Shown here piece after piece: positions 54,954-64,000 of a stretch of 64,000 bases of DNA. The first letter of the stretch is position 1. Each line of letters opens with the position of its first letter. The stretch is from an uncultured Rivularia sp. GTDB lineage: Bacteria; Cyanobacteriota; Cyanobacteriia; Cyanobacteriales; Nostocaceae. The DNA lies in assembly GCA_963665115.1 (NCBI GenBank), contig OY762007.1:5536001-5600000 (forward strand), written 5' to 3'. A program made the translations under genes and the position numbers. A model generated the notes under the pieces. It was not told the DNA's origin, did not search any database, and worked only from the letters and a program-made list of their open reading frames with translations.

Positions 54954-56258
54954 ATGAAATGCGTTAATTGTGGAGTTGAGAATAATTTAAAAGAAAGAAC
55001 TGCTAACCAAGGAAGGTGTAAAAATTGCAATCACACTTTTGCTTTTGAACCAACAAGCATCGATATTAAATATAAATTTACCGATCCGTTTTTTCAAAAA
55101 ATAATTTCAGATATTTCTGCTAATAATACCTTATATTTTACTCCTAAACAGTTTTTTTACGCTCTAGAAAGACGTATAAGTAAGAAAAATAATCAAATGA
55201 ATGGGTGGAAAGGATGTGGATTCTTTCTTATTTTTCCTGTAACTGTAATATTTACTGCTGGTATTTCATTGATTGTGGGATTAGTCATAATATTTATTAA
55301 TTCATATTCACAGAGTAAATCTCAAGAAAATAAACGAAATGTACGTAAAGGCAACGCTAAGTTTCTTCAAATCGGTGGCATTATAATTTTAATAGTAGGT
55401 ATTTTATGTTCGCTTTCAATTAGTTCATTCCCTTTGTTTCTCATCAGCGTTATTTTCGGTATGACATCTATTTATTTAGGTACTATACAGATAAAGCGTT
55501 TAGCAGATGCGGCAGAAACTTTTATAATTAATCAAGATTTATTTCAAAATTGGATAAATCGCTGGCAACAAATTAACGGCACAATTACAAGTATGTTGCC
55601 TTCACCGCGTCAACGAATTACACCAGCTAACATCAATCCCGATATTACTGCATATAGTTTCGATCGAGTTGTTGTTTGCGACAGTGCGGAAGTAGCTCAA
55701 CTATTAATAGCCAATAATTTCCACTTTGAAAATAACTGTGCTGTTTTAAGTATTACCGGATATCCAGAAGATATTTTTAGTACGGTTATGGAAATGTTAA
55801 GACGCAATGCCGATTTAAAAGTCTACGCTTTACATGATGCTTCTCCACGAGGTGTAAATTTAGTAAGTCACCTCCGCACCAGCCCCAATTGGTTTTTAAA
55901 TACCGACGTTACTATTTACGATTTAGGATTATTACCGCGTCAATTTATCAAAAAATACAAGGCATTTGTACAACAAAAAGAAGAATATGCCGCAGATGCG
56001 AGAAATTTATCAATTGATGTCAAACGAGATTTAACCGCAGCAGAAATCGAGTGGTTAGAGTCAGGTAAATTTATAGAATTAGAATCTTACACCCCCAAAA
56101 GATTATTAAGAGTAGTAACTCAAGGTATTGGTAAAAGTCGCCAACCGGATAGTCTTCAACCAGATATTGGTGGTACTACTTTTATTGGTGGTTACGATGA
56201 TTATGACAATGATAGCGATAGCGGTATTACAATTTTTGCTGTTGATAGCTTCGGGTGA
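54954..56258 (+). CDS. Zinc-ribbon plus transmembrane plus Toprim-like domain protein
   Basis: CVNC...CKNC, a hydrophobic TM region, then VVVCDS, ITGYP, YALHDASPRG and IELES, resembling the Topo VIA/Spo11-type Toprim. Confidence 0.55.
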   Translation: MKCVNCGVENNLKERTANQGRCKNCNHTFAFEPTSIDIKYKFTDPFFQKIISDISANNTLYFTPKQFFYALERRISKKNNQMNGWKGCGFFLIFPVTVIFTAGISLIVGLVIIFINSYSQSKSQENKRNVRKGNAKFLQIGGIIILIVGILCSLSISSFPLFLISVIFGMTSIYLGTIQIKRLADAAETFIINQDLFQNWINRWQQINGTITSMLPSPRQRITPANINPDITAYSFDRVVVCDSAEVAQLLIANNFHFENNCAVLSITGYPEDIFSTVMEMLRRNADLKVYALHDASPRGVNLVSHLRTSPNWFLNTDVTIYDLGLLPRQFIKKYKAFVQQKEEYAADARNLSIDVKRDLTAAEIEWLESGKFIELESYTPKRLLRVVTQGIGKSRQPDSLQPDIGGTTFIGGYDDYDNDSDSGITIFAVDSFG

Positions 56259-56309
56259 ATCAGTGAGCAGTGAGCAGTTATCAGTTAAATAACACTATAA
56301 ATATTATTC

Positions 56310-56393
56310 GTGAAGTGTATAAAATGCGGTACTCAAAATAATTATATTGTTTTGGGTAAATCAGTTTTAGATTTTGGATTAAGAATTAGTTAA
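56310..56393 (+). pseudogene. 5-prime remnant of a paralog of the 54954..56258 gene
   Basis: GTG-start MKCIKCGTQNN matches MKCVNCGVENN, then the similarity is lost and a stop follows. Confidence 0.5.
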
Positions 56394-56491
56394 GAGTTAT
56401 GAGTTAAAAAATATTTGTAGTGGGAGCATCTTGCTCCCTGCTAATTCACAATATTTTCTCTCCTCTCTCCCCCCTCTTCCCCCTCTCCCCC

Positions 56492-58219
56492 TCACTTCTT
56501 CTGCACCTGCAACCAAATTTCCAAACTCACTAACAGCCACAACTTAACCCCATAACGTTGCCACGCATCGCCGCGATAATTCAACCACTGTTTAATCAAA
56601 TCTTGATTTAAGAATGGTGCTATTTGTGCATTTTTATTCAATAACAAACTTTTAGCTCGACGCTGCCAAAGCTGTTTAAACCAATACTGTACAGGTACCA
56701 TCATTCCACTTTTTGGACGTTCAATTATTTCTCTTGGTAATACATTCAAAACAGCTTGTTTTAATACCGCTTTTTCTTGCGCCCCTGCTAATTTATACTG
56801 CGGTGGTATCTGCATCGCCATCTCTACTACTCTTCTATCAAATAATGGCGATCGCCCTTCCAAATCATTCGCAGTTGTCATGTTGTTAACTTTTGTTAAA
56901 ATATGGTCTGCTCCTTTAAATTTGATGTTGATTGTCATTAACCGATTCAGATAGTTTTCTTCTCGATACAAATAATCGGCGAATACAAAGTCTTTTTCTT
57001 TTACTTTTGTCAAAACATCTTGTTTAAGAAGTTGGGGTAAATAAGAAGAACATTTTTTAAATGAGTTGATGTAATTTGTTACTATATTTTCTTCAGTATT
57101 TTTAATCCCGCTGTAAAGCCTATTTAATAACATAGGCTGATTTTTTGGTCCGCCGAAACATGGGTCCCCTCCTTCTCCATTCAGGATTACACCTGCATTT
57201 TCTCGCGCTATCTTTCCTAATAAATAATTGGGCACTGTCAAAGGATCGCCGATGGGGTCGTCTAAATAGGACATTGTTAGCGGTAGCTTATCCCACATAT
57301 CATCGGGGGTAATTTCTAGGACATGATGTTGAGTTTTACAGTGCTGCGCTACTAAACCAGAAAACTCCAACTCATTCGGACAGTTTTCACCAAAATGAAT
57401 TGAGTAAGTGTGTACCGGGTGACTATGAAACTTCGCAGCAAGCGCCGTTATACAGCTTGAATCCAAACCTCCAGATAAATAAACACCCACGGGTTCATCC
57501 ACTGGTAAATATTCTTGTACAACTCGATCTAAAAGCTGTCTTAACTGCTTTCCATGCCAAATTAAGCTTTCCTCTGCATTCTGAATATTTTCTCGTGCTT
57601 CCCAAAACAGTTTTTTGTTAATGCAATTTATTTCTCCAGATGATTCCATTTGCAAAACCATCCCCACAGATAATTCACGCACATTTTCCCACAGCGTTTG
57701 CTCTCCGGGTACGAAAGCACAACAAAGATAATCTCGTAATGCGACTAAATTTAACTGTTGGGAATGAAAAGGTAAAAGCGTCGCTAAACGAGGCGCAACA
57801 ACGCAAAATTTGCCGGAATTAGTGTAATAAAGAGTACGACAGCCAACGCCATCTCGAACTAAATATAACTGCTTTTCTTTGTTATCCCAAACACATAGCG
57901 AGAACATTCCTTCTAACAAATTGAGACATTCTTCGCCTTTAATTTCCCAAAGATGCGCTACTATTTCAATATCCGTATATTTTTTATTTAACTGTAATAA
58001 TTGCAGCAAATGAAAGCGGTTGCTTAACCAGATATCTCCAATTACAATAAAACGACTATTATGACTTTTCGCAGGTTGAGTTTTGACTACAAAAAAGTCT
58101 TCACTTTTGTAAGTAACATCGTAATTGCTAGCATCTACCCGTCCTAAAACTACATACCAATTCGGTACAACGTTGATATCGGGGATTTGTCTTTTATTCC
58201 ATGAAGTGGGTAGTTTCAT
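56492..58219 (-). CDS. Asparagine-synthetase-like amide ligase (AsnB fold, lacking the N-terminal Cys)
   Basis: LEGMFSL, VRDGVGCRTLYY, YLSGGLDSS, LNGEGGDPCFGG, EGRSPLFD and EKAVLK...RPKSGM. Confidence 0.88.
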   Translation of the reverse strand: MKLPTSWNKRQIPDINVVPNWYVVLGRVDASNYDVTYKSEDFFVVKTQPAKSHNSRFIVIGDIWLSNRFHLLQLLQLNKKYTDIEIVAHLWEIKGEECLNLLEGMFSLCVWDNKEKQLYLVRDGVGCRTLYYTNSGKFCVVAPRLATLLPFHSQQLNLVALRDYLCCAFVPGEQTLWENVRELSVGMVLQMESSGEINCINKKLFWEARENIQNAEESLIWHGKQLRQLLDRVVQEYLPVDEPVGVYLSGGLDSSCITALAAKFHSHPVHTYSIHFGENCPNELEFSGLVAQHCKTQHHVLEITPDDMWDKLPLTMSYLDDPIGDPLTVPNYLLGKIARENAGVILNGEGGDPCFGGPKNQPMLLNRLYSGIKNTEENIVTNYINSFKKCSSYLPQLLKQDVLTKVKEKDFVFADYLYREENYLNRLMTINIKFKGADHILTKVNNMTTANDLEGRSPLFDRRVVEMAMQIPPQYKLAGAQEKAVLKQAVLNVLPREIIERPKSGMMVPVQYWFKQLWQRRAKSLLLNKNAQIAPFLNQDLIKQWLNYRGDAWQRYGVKLWLLVSLEIWLQVQKK

Positions 58220-58311
58220 AAAGATTTAAAACCATTGATTAAGAATTGAAAATAAAGCATCTAATAAGTTGCACTTGATGAATAGATCGGTTTAATCTAA
58301 AGTCCAAAATC

Positions 58312-58404
58312 CGTCTTGGAAAGTTTTGGGGACGGAAACCGACACCAGAAGTTTGCTCAACGGGGGAAACCCCCGCACGCAACTTCTCTTACCAAACTTT
58401 CCGC
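58312..58404. repeat. Nested palindromic dispersed repeat
   Basis: ggaaagttttgg/ccaaactttcc encloses agaagtttgc/gcaacttct, which encloses cgggggaaacccccg. Confidence 0.55.
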
Positions 58405-58586
58405 GAAATCCAAAATCGTTTGACATCGGCTATGGATGGAAATAGTATATTTTGATGCGAATTCAGGGATAATAGATAAATAAATTACATTTTGAATATT
58501 ACAGTCGAATCTGTAATTTTAAACACATTATCTTAGAGATAGAAATACTTCAATATAATTACTGAACTTTAAAATGACTAAGTATA

Positions 58587-59147
58587 ATGATTGCGATTTA
58601 TCCTGGAAGTTTTGACCCCATCACCCTGGGACATCTTGATATTATTGAACGTGGTAGTCAATTATTTTCACAAGTTATTGTTGCTGTATTACGTAATCCC
58701 AACAAGACTCCATTGTTCACGGTGCAACAACGTTTAGAACAAATACGTCAATCTACCACACATCTAGATAATGTAGAAATAGATGCCTTTGAGGGTTTAA
58801 CCGTCGAATATGCCGTCCAAAGCAAAGCGAAAGTTTTGCTAAGGGGTTTAAGGGCAATTTCGGACTTTGAAGTTGAACTGCAAATGGCACACACCAATAA
58901 AACTCTTTCCACCGAAATAGAAACTGTTTTTTTAGCAACGTCAAACGAATATAGTTTTTTAAGTAGTAGTGTGGTAAAAGAGATTGCAAGGTTTGGTGGT
59001 TCTATTAATCATCTTGTTCCCCCTCACGTTGCTTTGGATACATATAAATGCTTCACCCACAACCAAACGGTATCGAACCCAATCAAAACGGACAAAACGG
59101 AAGTCATCCACCCTCTCAACCGTTTCCCCAACAGTCGGGAAGCGTAG
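58587..59147 (+). CDS. coaD: Phosphopantetheine adenylyltransferase
   Basis: [28 protein letters not shown] and [12 protein letters not shown]. Confidence 0.97.
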   Translation: MIAIYPGSFDPITLGHLDIIERGSQLFSQVIVAVLRNPNKTPLFTVQQRLEQIRQSTTHLDNVEIDAFEGLTVEYAVQSKAKVLLRGLRAISDFEVELQMAHTNKTLSTEIETVFLATSNEYSFLSSSVVKEIARFGGSINHLVPPHVALDTYKCFTHNQTVSNPIKTDKTEVIHPLNRFPNSREA

Positions 59148-59735
59148 ATATTCAGCAGGAGCTTAACCGTTTAGAAGAAATAATTCTTACCAGTTTTCGC
59201 ATCCCTTTGACGCGAAAGACTTTGGTAGATGAAGAAAAATTACTCGAACAGCTTGATTTTATCCGCTTATCTCTACCTGAAGCTTTCCAAGAAGCAATCA
59301 TAACTATTCAGCAAAAGGAAGAAATTCTTTTAGAAGCCGAAACTTACGGGCAGCAAATGGTAGAAGCAGCACAAGCGAAGAGAGCGCAAGTGTTGAACGA
59401 AAGCGATATTATCAGACAAGCCGAGCAACAAACCGAACAATTGAGCCGACAAGTACAGCAAGAGTGCGAGCAAATGATGCAAGAAACTCTTGATGAAATC
59501 GAGCGTAAACGACGTGCTTGTCAGCAAGAAATTGAAGAAATGCGCCGTCTGGCGATGGAAGAAGCCGAACAAATTGCTCAAGGTGCAGATCAATATGCCG
59601 ATAATGTTTTAGAACATATGGAGCAAGAAACTGAACGAATCTTTAAAGATTATTCGCAACGGTAGACAGCAGCTTTATGGAGAGCCGCAGCCACCCCAGC
59701 GCGTTTATCCTGGCAAAATGGTTAAAAAGAAGTAA
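59048..59735 (+). CDS. DivIVA-like coiled-coil protein (Cdv3-like), with an apparent +1 frameshift at 59628-59630
   Basis: LNRLEEIIL...[13 protein letters not shown] and [10 protein letters not shown]. Removing one A gives [16 protein letters not shown]...KKK* ending at 59735. It sits at the usual position after coaD. Confidence 0.75.
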
Positions 59736-59775
59736 AACAAGTAGAGGTGTTTCGATCGAAATACAATATTTACGA

Positions 59776-60102
59776 ATGTTTTATGTAGCGCAAGTAAATT
59801 TTGGGATAGATATTGCTGCATTAATAGGATTATTTCAGATAATTTTAGGCTTAGTTTATTTAATATATACAATAGTCAAATTGTTGCGGACGCGAAACAT
59901 TTGGAGTAATTTAATTACAGCTTTTTATATTATTCAATTGCTTATTGTACCAACTTTTTTATTTTTTTCTGGTTGCGTTTTAATACTTCAAGGTTGGCGA
60001 TTAGACCCTATTCTACAGTTTCAGCAGTTTATATTGTTTCTTTTAATTGTTTTCTTGATAATTAAAGAAATGGTAATTAATACAGTTGGGAGAAATAGAT
60101 AG
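59776..60102 (+). CDS. Ycf66 N-terminal-domain family membrane protein
   Basis: AQVNFG and the GWRLDPILQFQQF signature. The likely start is ATG at 59776. Confidence 0.75.
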   Translation: MFYVAQVNFGIDIAALIGLFQIILGLVYLIYTIVKLLRTRNIWSNLITAFYIIQLLIVPTFLFFSGCVLILQGWRLDPILQFQQFILFLLIVFLIIKEMVINTVGRNR

Positions 60103-60163
60103 TTTTAAACTAATTACCTGTAAAACTTGAGCCTGGGATTGCATAAATAAATAGATTTATCTT

Positions 60164-60606
60164 TTATAAAAATTCTACGTGTCCTATCATTTCTTCGGGT
60201 ATAAGCACCTCATAAATCAATCTTAAAGAATCAATAATTTCTCCAATTGAACGAGTGCCTTTTTTGCAAAAAGCGATACCGGGATGATTATTGTCAGCAT
60301 TAGATATTATCAGAAAATCAGTATCTTGAGTAAAAATTACCCTTTGTGTTTTCCGAACAAATTCGAGCTGAGCTTCATCTGATTTTCCTTGTAACCCTAC
60401 TTCTTTGTTATAGTTACATCAATTCCGTAACGTCGTAAACCAAGTGCAACTGCCGGATCTACATTTTCATCTAAGTGTAAGTGGATTCGCTCATTCACTT
60501 CTCCTAGACCTCAATTTTTCTTGAAGTTTTGACGGATAATTCCGCTTTAATTCTTCAATATACTCCAATTCTTGCATCATTAAACTATCAATTTCTTCTA
60601 TATTTT
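60164..60606 (-). pseudogene. DUF5615 PIN-like toxin (frameshifted) preceded by the C-terminal remnant of a DUF433-type antitoxin
   Basis: From GTG at 60498: MNERIHLHLDENVDPAVALGLRRYGIDV, a frameshift near 60405, then GLQGKSDEAQL...RVIFTQDTDF...HPGI...VEFL*. The upstream NIEEID...YPSKLQEKL fragment has an in-frame stop just before it. Confidence 0.65.
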
Positions 60607-60791
60607 AAAATGAATCTACTTAAAAGCATTATTGTCCAAGTTTTGAGGGTTTGCGCGAATCTCCGTTTAACAAACAAAACTAAAAATTTATAAGAAAGTA
60701 CTTACAAATTAAACTTTTTAGCCCACGCAGGTGGGCTTTGTAAATGTAGCGATACCCTTCGAGGGTATTGCTATTAATTGACGAAATTTTC

Positions 60792-62138
60792 CTAAAGCGT
60801 ATAGGTGAAATCTTCCACTAACATACCTGGAACCTTACTACCGCCAAGCTGACGATTTTCATAAGTTCCGACTTCGGGAATAAATTCATGTTTATCAGTA
60901 AAATCTATTAAATTATCACCCCAAAAGCTGTATAAACTATCATCAAAACGCAAGTCTTCTATCGGTGCTACAATTTCACCATCAGCAACCCAGAAGCAAG
61001 CATAACGAGTCATTCCCGTGATTCTTCCAGAAGGGCGATCGCTCCAATTTAAATAATGCAAATTTGATACATATAGCCCTGTTCCTAAAGTTGATAAAAT
61101 TGAATCAGATGCCAAGCTTCCTCGACTGACTTCTGGGGAACGTAAAGACTCATCACTACCTGCACCATTTGCAAATTTGTCATATTCTTTAGCGCTACGG
61201 GAATTAATTAAAGTATTTAATAAAGCACCTTTTTCGATGATTTTTAACTGCAAAGGTGCAATTTCTCCCCAATCATTAAAACGCGGTACCGAACCAGCGT
61301 AAAAATTTTCTTGCAAGCTAAACTTTGGAGAAAGTTTCTTTTCTTTATTAGCTAGCATTACTAAAGCACTGTTTCCTTGTTGGATATCAGCTTCGCTCAA
61401 ACCCCCCCAAGAAAGCATTGTTAATAATTCTGCAACAGCAGCAGGAGCAAAATAAGTTCTGTAATGTCCTCGCGGTATTTGTTTAGAAGGACGAGAAAGT
61501 AACTCTAATTGCTGTTTAGCGCTCGCAATTTTATCTATATAAGTTTGATTATTCCAATCATTTCCAGCAAAAAAGCCTTTCACAGCTTGTCCAGAATCGG
61601 TAAAAATTGAATAGTCCAGGGCAAAAGTATCGCTACTAAACCAATGTTTATTACCACTCGAATCAGCATAACCCTGACTGATAATACCCCCGGCATAAAA
61701 TCCGGTAAAATCTAATTCTGTAACAGCTTCTAAAATAGTTTTAGCAACATCTTCATCAGCCAACAATTTACCCGAATGAACTTCCCGAGTAATTTCATCT
61801 CCTGATGGTAAAACAAGATATGTATCTTCGGGCAATGATGGCAATTCTGCTCGTAACTCCTGCAAAGAATTATAGGCTTGCTGGCAATCAACTTCCCAAT
61901 TACCGCTAACAGGAAAAACGCGAAAACCATCACGTTGATTTTCCATCAAAGTCAATTCAAGCCAGCCATCTGCAACAATACCAGTTTGTCGTACCTTGGC
62001 GCGATTAAACCGAGTAAACTGACTGCGTTCTCGATTAAGTTTAAAACTAAATTCTTCCCCCGGTTTCTTTTGATCTAACAAATACTCAAGCAATCGGTTA
62101 AAGCTGACTTCAAAAGCAGATATATCTTCGTTTTTCAT
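60792..62138 (-). CDS. TldD/PmbA family protein (TldE-like subunit)
   Basis: FTRFNRAKVRQ, YFAPAAV, IIEKG.L and ITGMTRYACFWV. It has no HExxxH and is paired with the TldD gene. Confidence 0.88.
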   Translation of the reverse strand: MKNEDISAFEVSFNRLLEYLLDQKKPGEEFSFKLNRERSQFTRFNRAKVRQTGIVADGWLELTLMENQRDGFRVFPVSGNWEVDCQQAYNSLQELRAELPSLPEDTYLVLPSGDEITREVHSGKLLADEDVAKTILEAVTELDFTGFYAGGIISQGYADSSGNKHWFSSDTFALDYSIFTDSGQAVKGFFAGNDWNNQTYIDKIASAKQQLELLSRPSKQIPRGHYRTYFAPAAVAELLTMLSWGGLSEADIQQGNSALVMLANKEKKLSPKFSLQENFYAGSVPRFNDWGEIAPLQLKIIEKGALLNTLINSRSAKEYDKFANGAGSDESLRSPEVSRGSLASDSILSTLGTGLYVSNLHYLNWSDRPSGRITGMTRYACFWVADGEIVAPIEDLRFDDSLYSFWGDNLIDFTDKHEFIPEVGTYENRQLGGSKVPGMLVEDFTYTL

Positions 62139-62160
62139 AAACGTATGTCAATTGAATTTT

Positions 62161-62250
62161 AGATTGGTAATTGGTAATTGGTAATTGGTAATTGGGGATT
62201 GGGCATTGGAGATTGGGAGTAGGAGTAAGTAGTGAGTAGTGAGTAGTAAG
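62161..62250. repeat. STRR heptamer array (TTGGTAA / TTGGGCA / GTGAGTA)
   Basis: Tandem heptamers between the tldD-like and tldE-like genes. Confidence 0.8.
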
Positions 62251-62348
62251 TTAAATACTTTTATTGGATTATTTTCACAGGGCAGCTTAACTATTTCTTA
62301 CTCTTTACTCGCGACTCTTTACTCACTACTTTAAGAATCTCCCTCTTC

Positions 62349-63785
62349 TCATCCTCCTCCGAAGACTTCCACATTTGTAAATAAACAAACGGGGGAGCCA
62401 TGTCCGACAGAAATTGCTTGGTTAGGTTCTCCTTTACCGCAGTAAGCAGTACCGTACATTTGCCAAGTGGATTTATTGCCTACTTCGGTCAAACTTTGCC
62501 AAAATTCTGGGGTAGTAGCTCGATAATTTGGGTTACGCAGAGTTTTTGTGAGCTTACCATCTTCAATCAATTTTGCGTACTCGCAACCAAATTGAAATTT
62601 ATATCGACGGTCATCTATTGACCAAGAACAGTTGGATTCCATGTAAACGCCGTGTTGTATACCAGCGATAATTTCTTCAAAACTGGCTTCACCAGGTTCC
62701 AAATTCAAGTTTGCCATGCGATCGATTGGCGGTCGATTCCAAGAGCAAGCGCGAGCGCAAGCAACACCATCAACGCCGCTTCTAGCTTGACTTTCCAGAC
62801 TTCCCAAACCTCGCTGCAATACACCTTCTTTAATTACATATTCTCGCGTTGCCACAGCACCAGTGTCATCAAAGCCATAGCTAGCAAATTCACCTTTGAC
62901 AGTGGGATCGAAAGTAATATTCATTTTCTCAGAGCCGTACCCCAAACTGCCAAAATCATCCGTCTTGACAAAACTACCGCCAGCATAGTTTCGTTCATCG
63001 CCCAAAATTCGGTCAATTTCCAAAGGATGTCCGACACTTTCATGAATTTGTAGCATCATTTGATCTGGTGCTAAAACCAAATTAGTGCGAGTGTTTGGGC
63101 ATTCTTGGGCAGTCAAAAGTTCTATAGCTTGCTCGCCAATTTGTCGCACGCGATGCCACAAACCCTCTTCCTTAAAATCCAAAACCCCTTGATAGCAATG
63201 TGCCGACCAACCATTATTAGTGCGTTGCTGGACAATTAAACCATCTTGTGCAGTAGCTCCGAAATGAGTGCTAAATAACAAGAATTTTTGATAAATTTCC
63301 GAACCATTACTGCTAACAAACCAAGTATTCTTATCAGTAGTCGTAGCGCTAGCTGTAGTCTGAACAATTTTGTCATCAACTTTTAACGTTTTACAGACGC
63401 GCACAAGCAAATCGTTAATTTCTCGCGAATTCAAACCATCCAGATTTTCCACCGACGGCGAAATAAATTCACCCACAACTTTCGGACGTTCGCTCCGAAT
63501 CTGAAATGGATGTATCCACCATTCGCTAGCAGCAACTGCCTGTTTATACGCAACTTCCGCAGCAGCCTGTAGAGAATCCAATTCCAGAGAATTAGTCGCT
63601 CCATAGCCAAGACAGCCATTAACCAGAACCTCTACCATTGCTCCCACAGTAGAAGACTTACCATTGCTTTGGGGTAAACCATCCCGGAAAAAACGATTTG
63701 ACGAAGTTTCTTCTACCGCCCTAATACCAATCCAGTCAGCAGAAACATCTATACTATCGATCGCTTTTTTTAGTTCAGACCACAT
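62349..63785 (-). CDS. tldD: TldD family metalloprotease
   Basis: LQIHESVGHPLEIDR (HExxxH), YGFDDTG, PIDRMANL and CGKGEPNQ...GHGSP. Confidence 0.88.
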   Translation of the reverse strand: MWSELKKAIDSIDVSADWIGIRAVEETSSNRFFRDGLPQSNGKSSTVGAMVEVLVNGCLGYGATNSLELDSLQAAAEVAYKQAVAASEWWIHPFQIRSERPKVVGEFISPSVENLDGLNSREINDLLVRVCKTLKVDDKIVQTTASATTTDKNTWFVSSNGSEIYQKFLLFSTHFGATAQDGLIVQQRTNNGWSAHCYQGVLDFKEEGLWHRVRQIGEQAIELLTAQECPNTRTNLVLAPDQMMLQIHESVGHPLEIDRILGDERNYAGGSFVKTDDFGSLGYGSEKMNITFDPTVKGEFASYGFDDTGAVATREYVIKEGVLQRGLGSLESQARSGVDGVACARACSWNRPPIDRMANLNLEPGEASFEEIIAGIQHGVYMESNCSWSIDDRRYKFQFGCEYAKLIEDGKLTKTLRNPNYRATTPEFWQSLTEVGNKSTWQMYGTAYCGKGEPNQAISVGHGSPVCLFTNVEVFGGG

Positions 63786-63890
63786 AAAACAAAAGTTAAG
63801 TGTAAGGAATAGGGGAGACTATATTATTTACTACAAAACGTCAATTTTTGCAGCTATGATTTATTAAGTTTTTTCTTTATTTAAAAAAAA

Positions 63891-64000
63891 TGGGGATTGG
63901 GGATTGGGGATTGGGCATTGGGGATTGGGCATTGGGAGTAGAAATAACTTTTAACTCCTGCCTTCTAATTCTTAACCTTTAAGCTTTAACCTTTAACCTT
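63891..64000. repeat. STRR heptamer arrays (GGGGATT / GGGCATT, TTAACCT)
   Basis: Tandem heptamers at the window end. Confidence 0.8.

Noticed and set aside
51681..58219. Lasso peptide gene cluster
   Set aside because: AsnB-like genes are present, but I found no transglutaminase-like B2 protease, PqqD/RRE protein or plausible precursor peptide in the window.
60792..63785. TldD/E as the maturation protease of the AsnB-like cluster
   Set aside because: They are separated from it by coaD and other housekeeping genes, and no precursor peptide is seen. Proximity alone is insufficient.

Overview
AT-rich cyanobacterial chromosome window. It is probably from a heterocyst-forming Nostocales strain, inferred from frequent HIP1 GCGATCGC octamers and many heptamer tandem (STRR) arrays. 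Housekeeping genes are lysS, rimP-nusA-ylxR-infB, clpS, coaD and a tldD/tldE pair. Accessory loci include: the start of a chaperone-usher-type pilus cluster; a heme-c/HAMP sensor, Ser/Thr kinase, binding-protein and FHA-ABC cluster; a truncated REP-associated tyrosine transposase with dispersed GTAG-type REP hairpins; and an unusual enzyme cluster. That cluster has two Cys1-less asparagine-synthetase-like ligases, a LysA-like protein lacking its PLP lysine, and a membrane Toprim-like protein. The best candidate for an undescribed system is 37941-41420 on the minus strand. It has a ~90-nt GC-rich structured RNA with a bulged-C closing stem and a T-loop-like motif, reminiscent of Y RNA. Downstream are a Ro60/TROVE-like helical plus vWA protein, an inserted four-helix-bundle gene, and an ARPP-2-like protein with a Fis-type HTH. 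About 11 genes, including essential lysS and infB, carry frameshifts at short homopolymers, most likely sequencing or assembly errors. All family calls come from reading motifs by eye; no database search was run.
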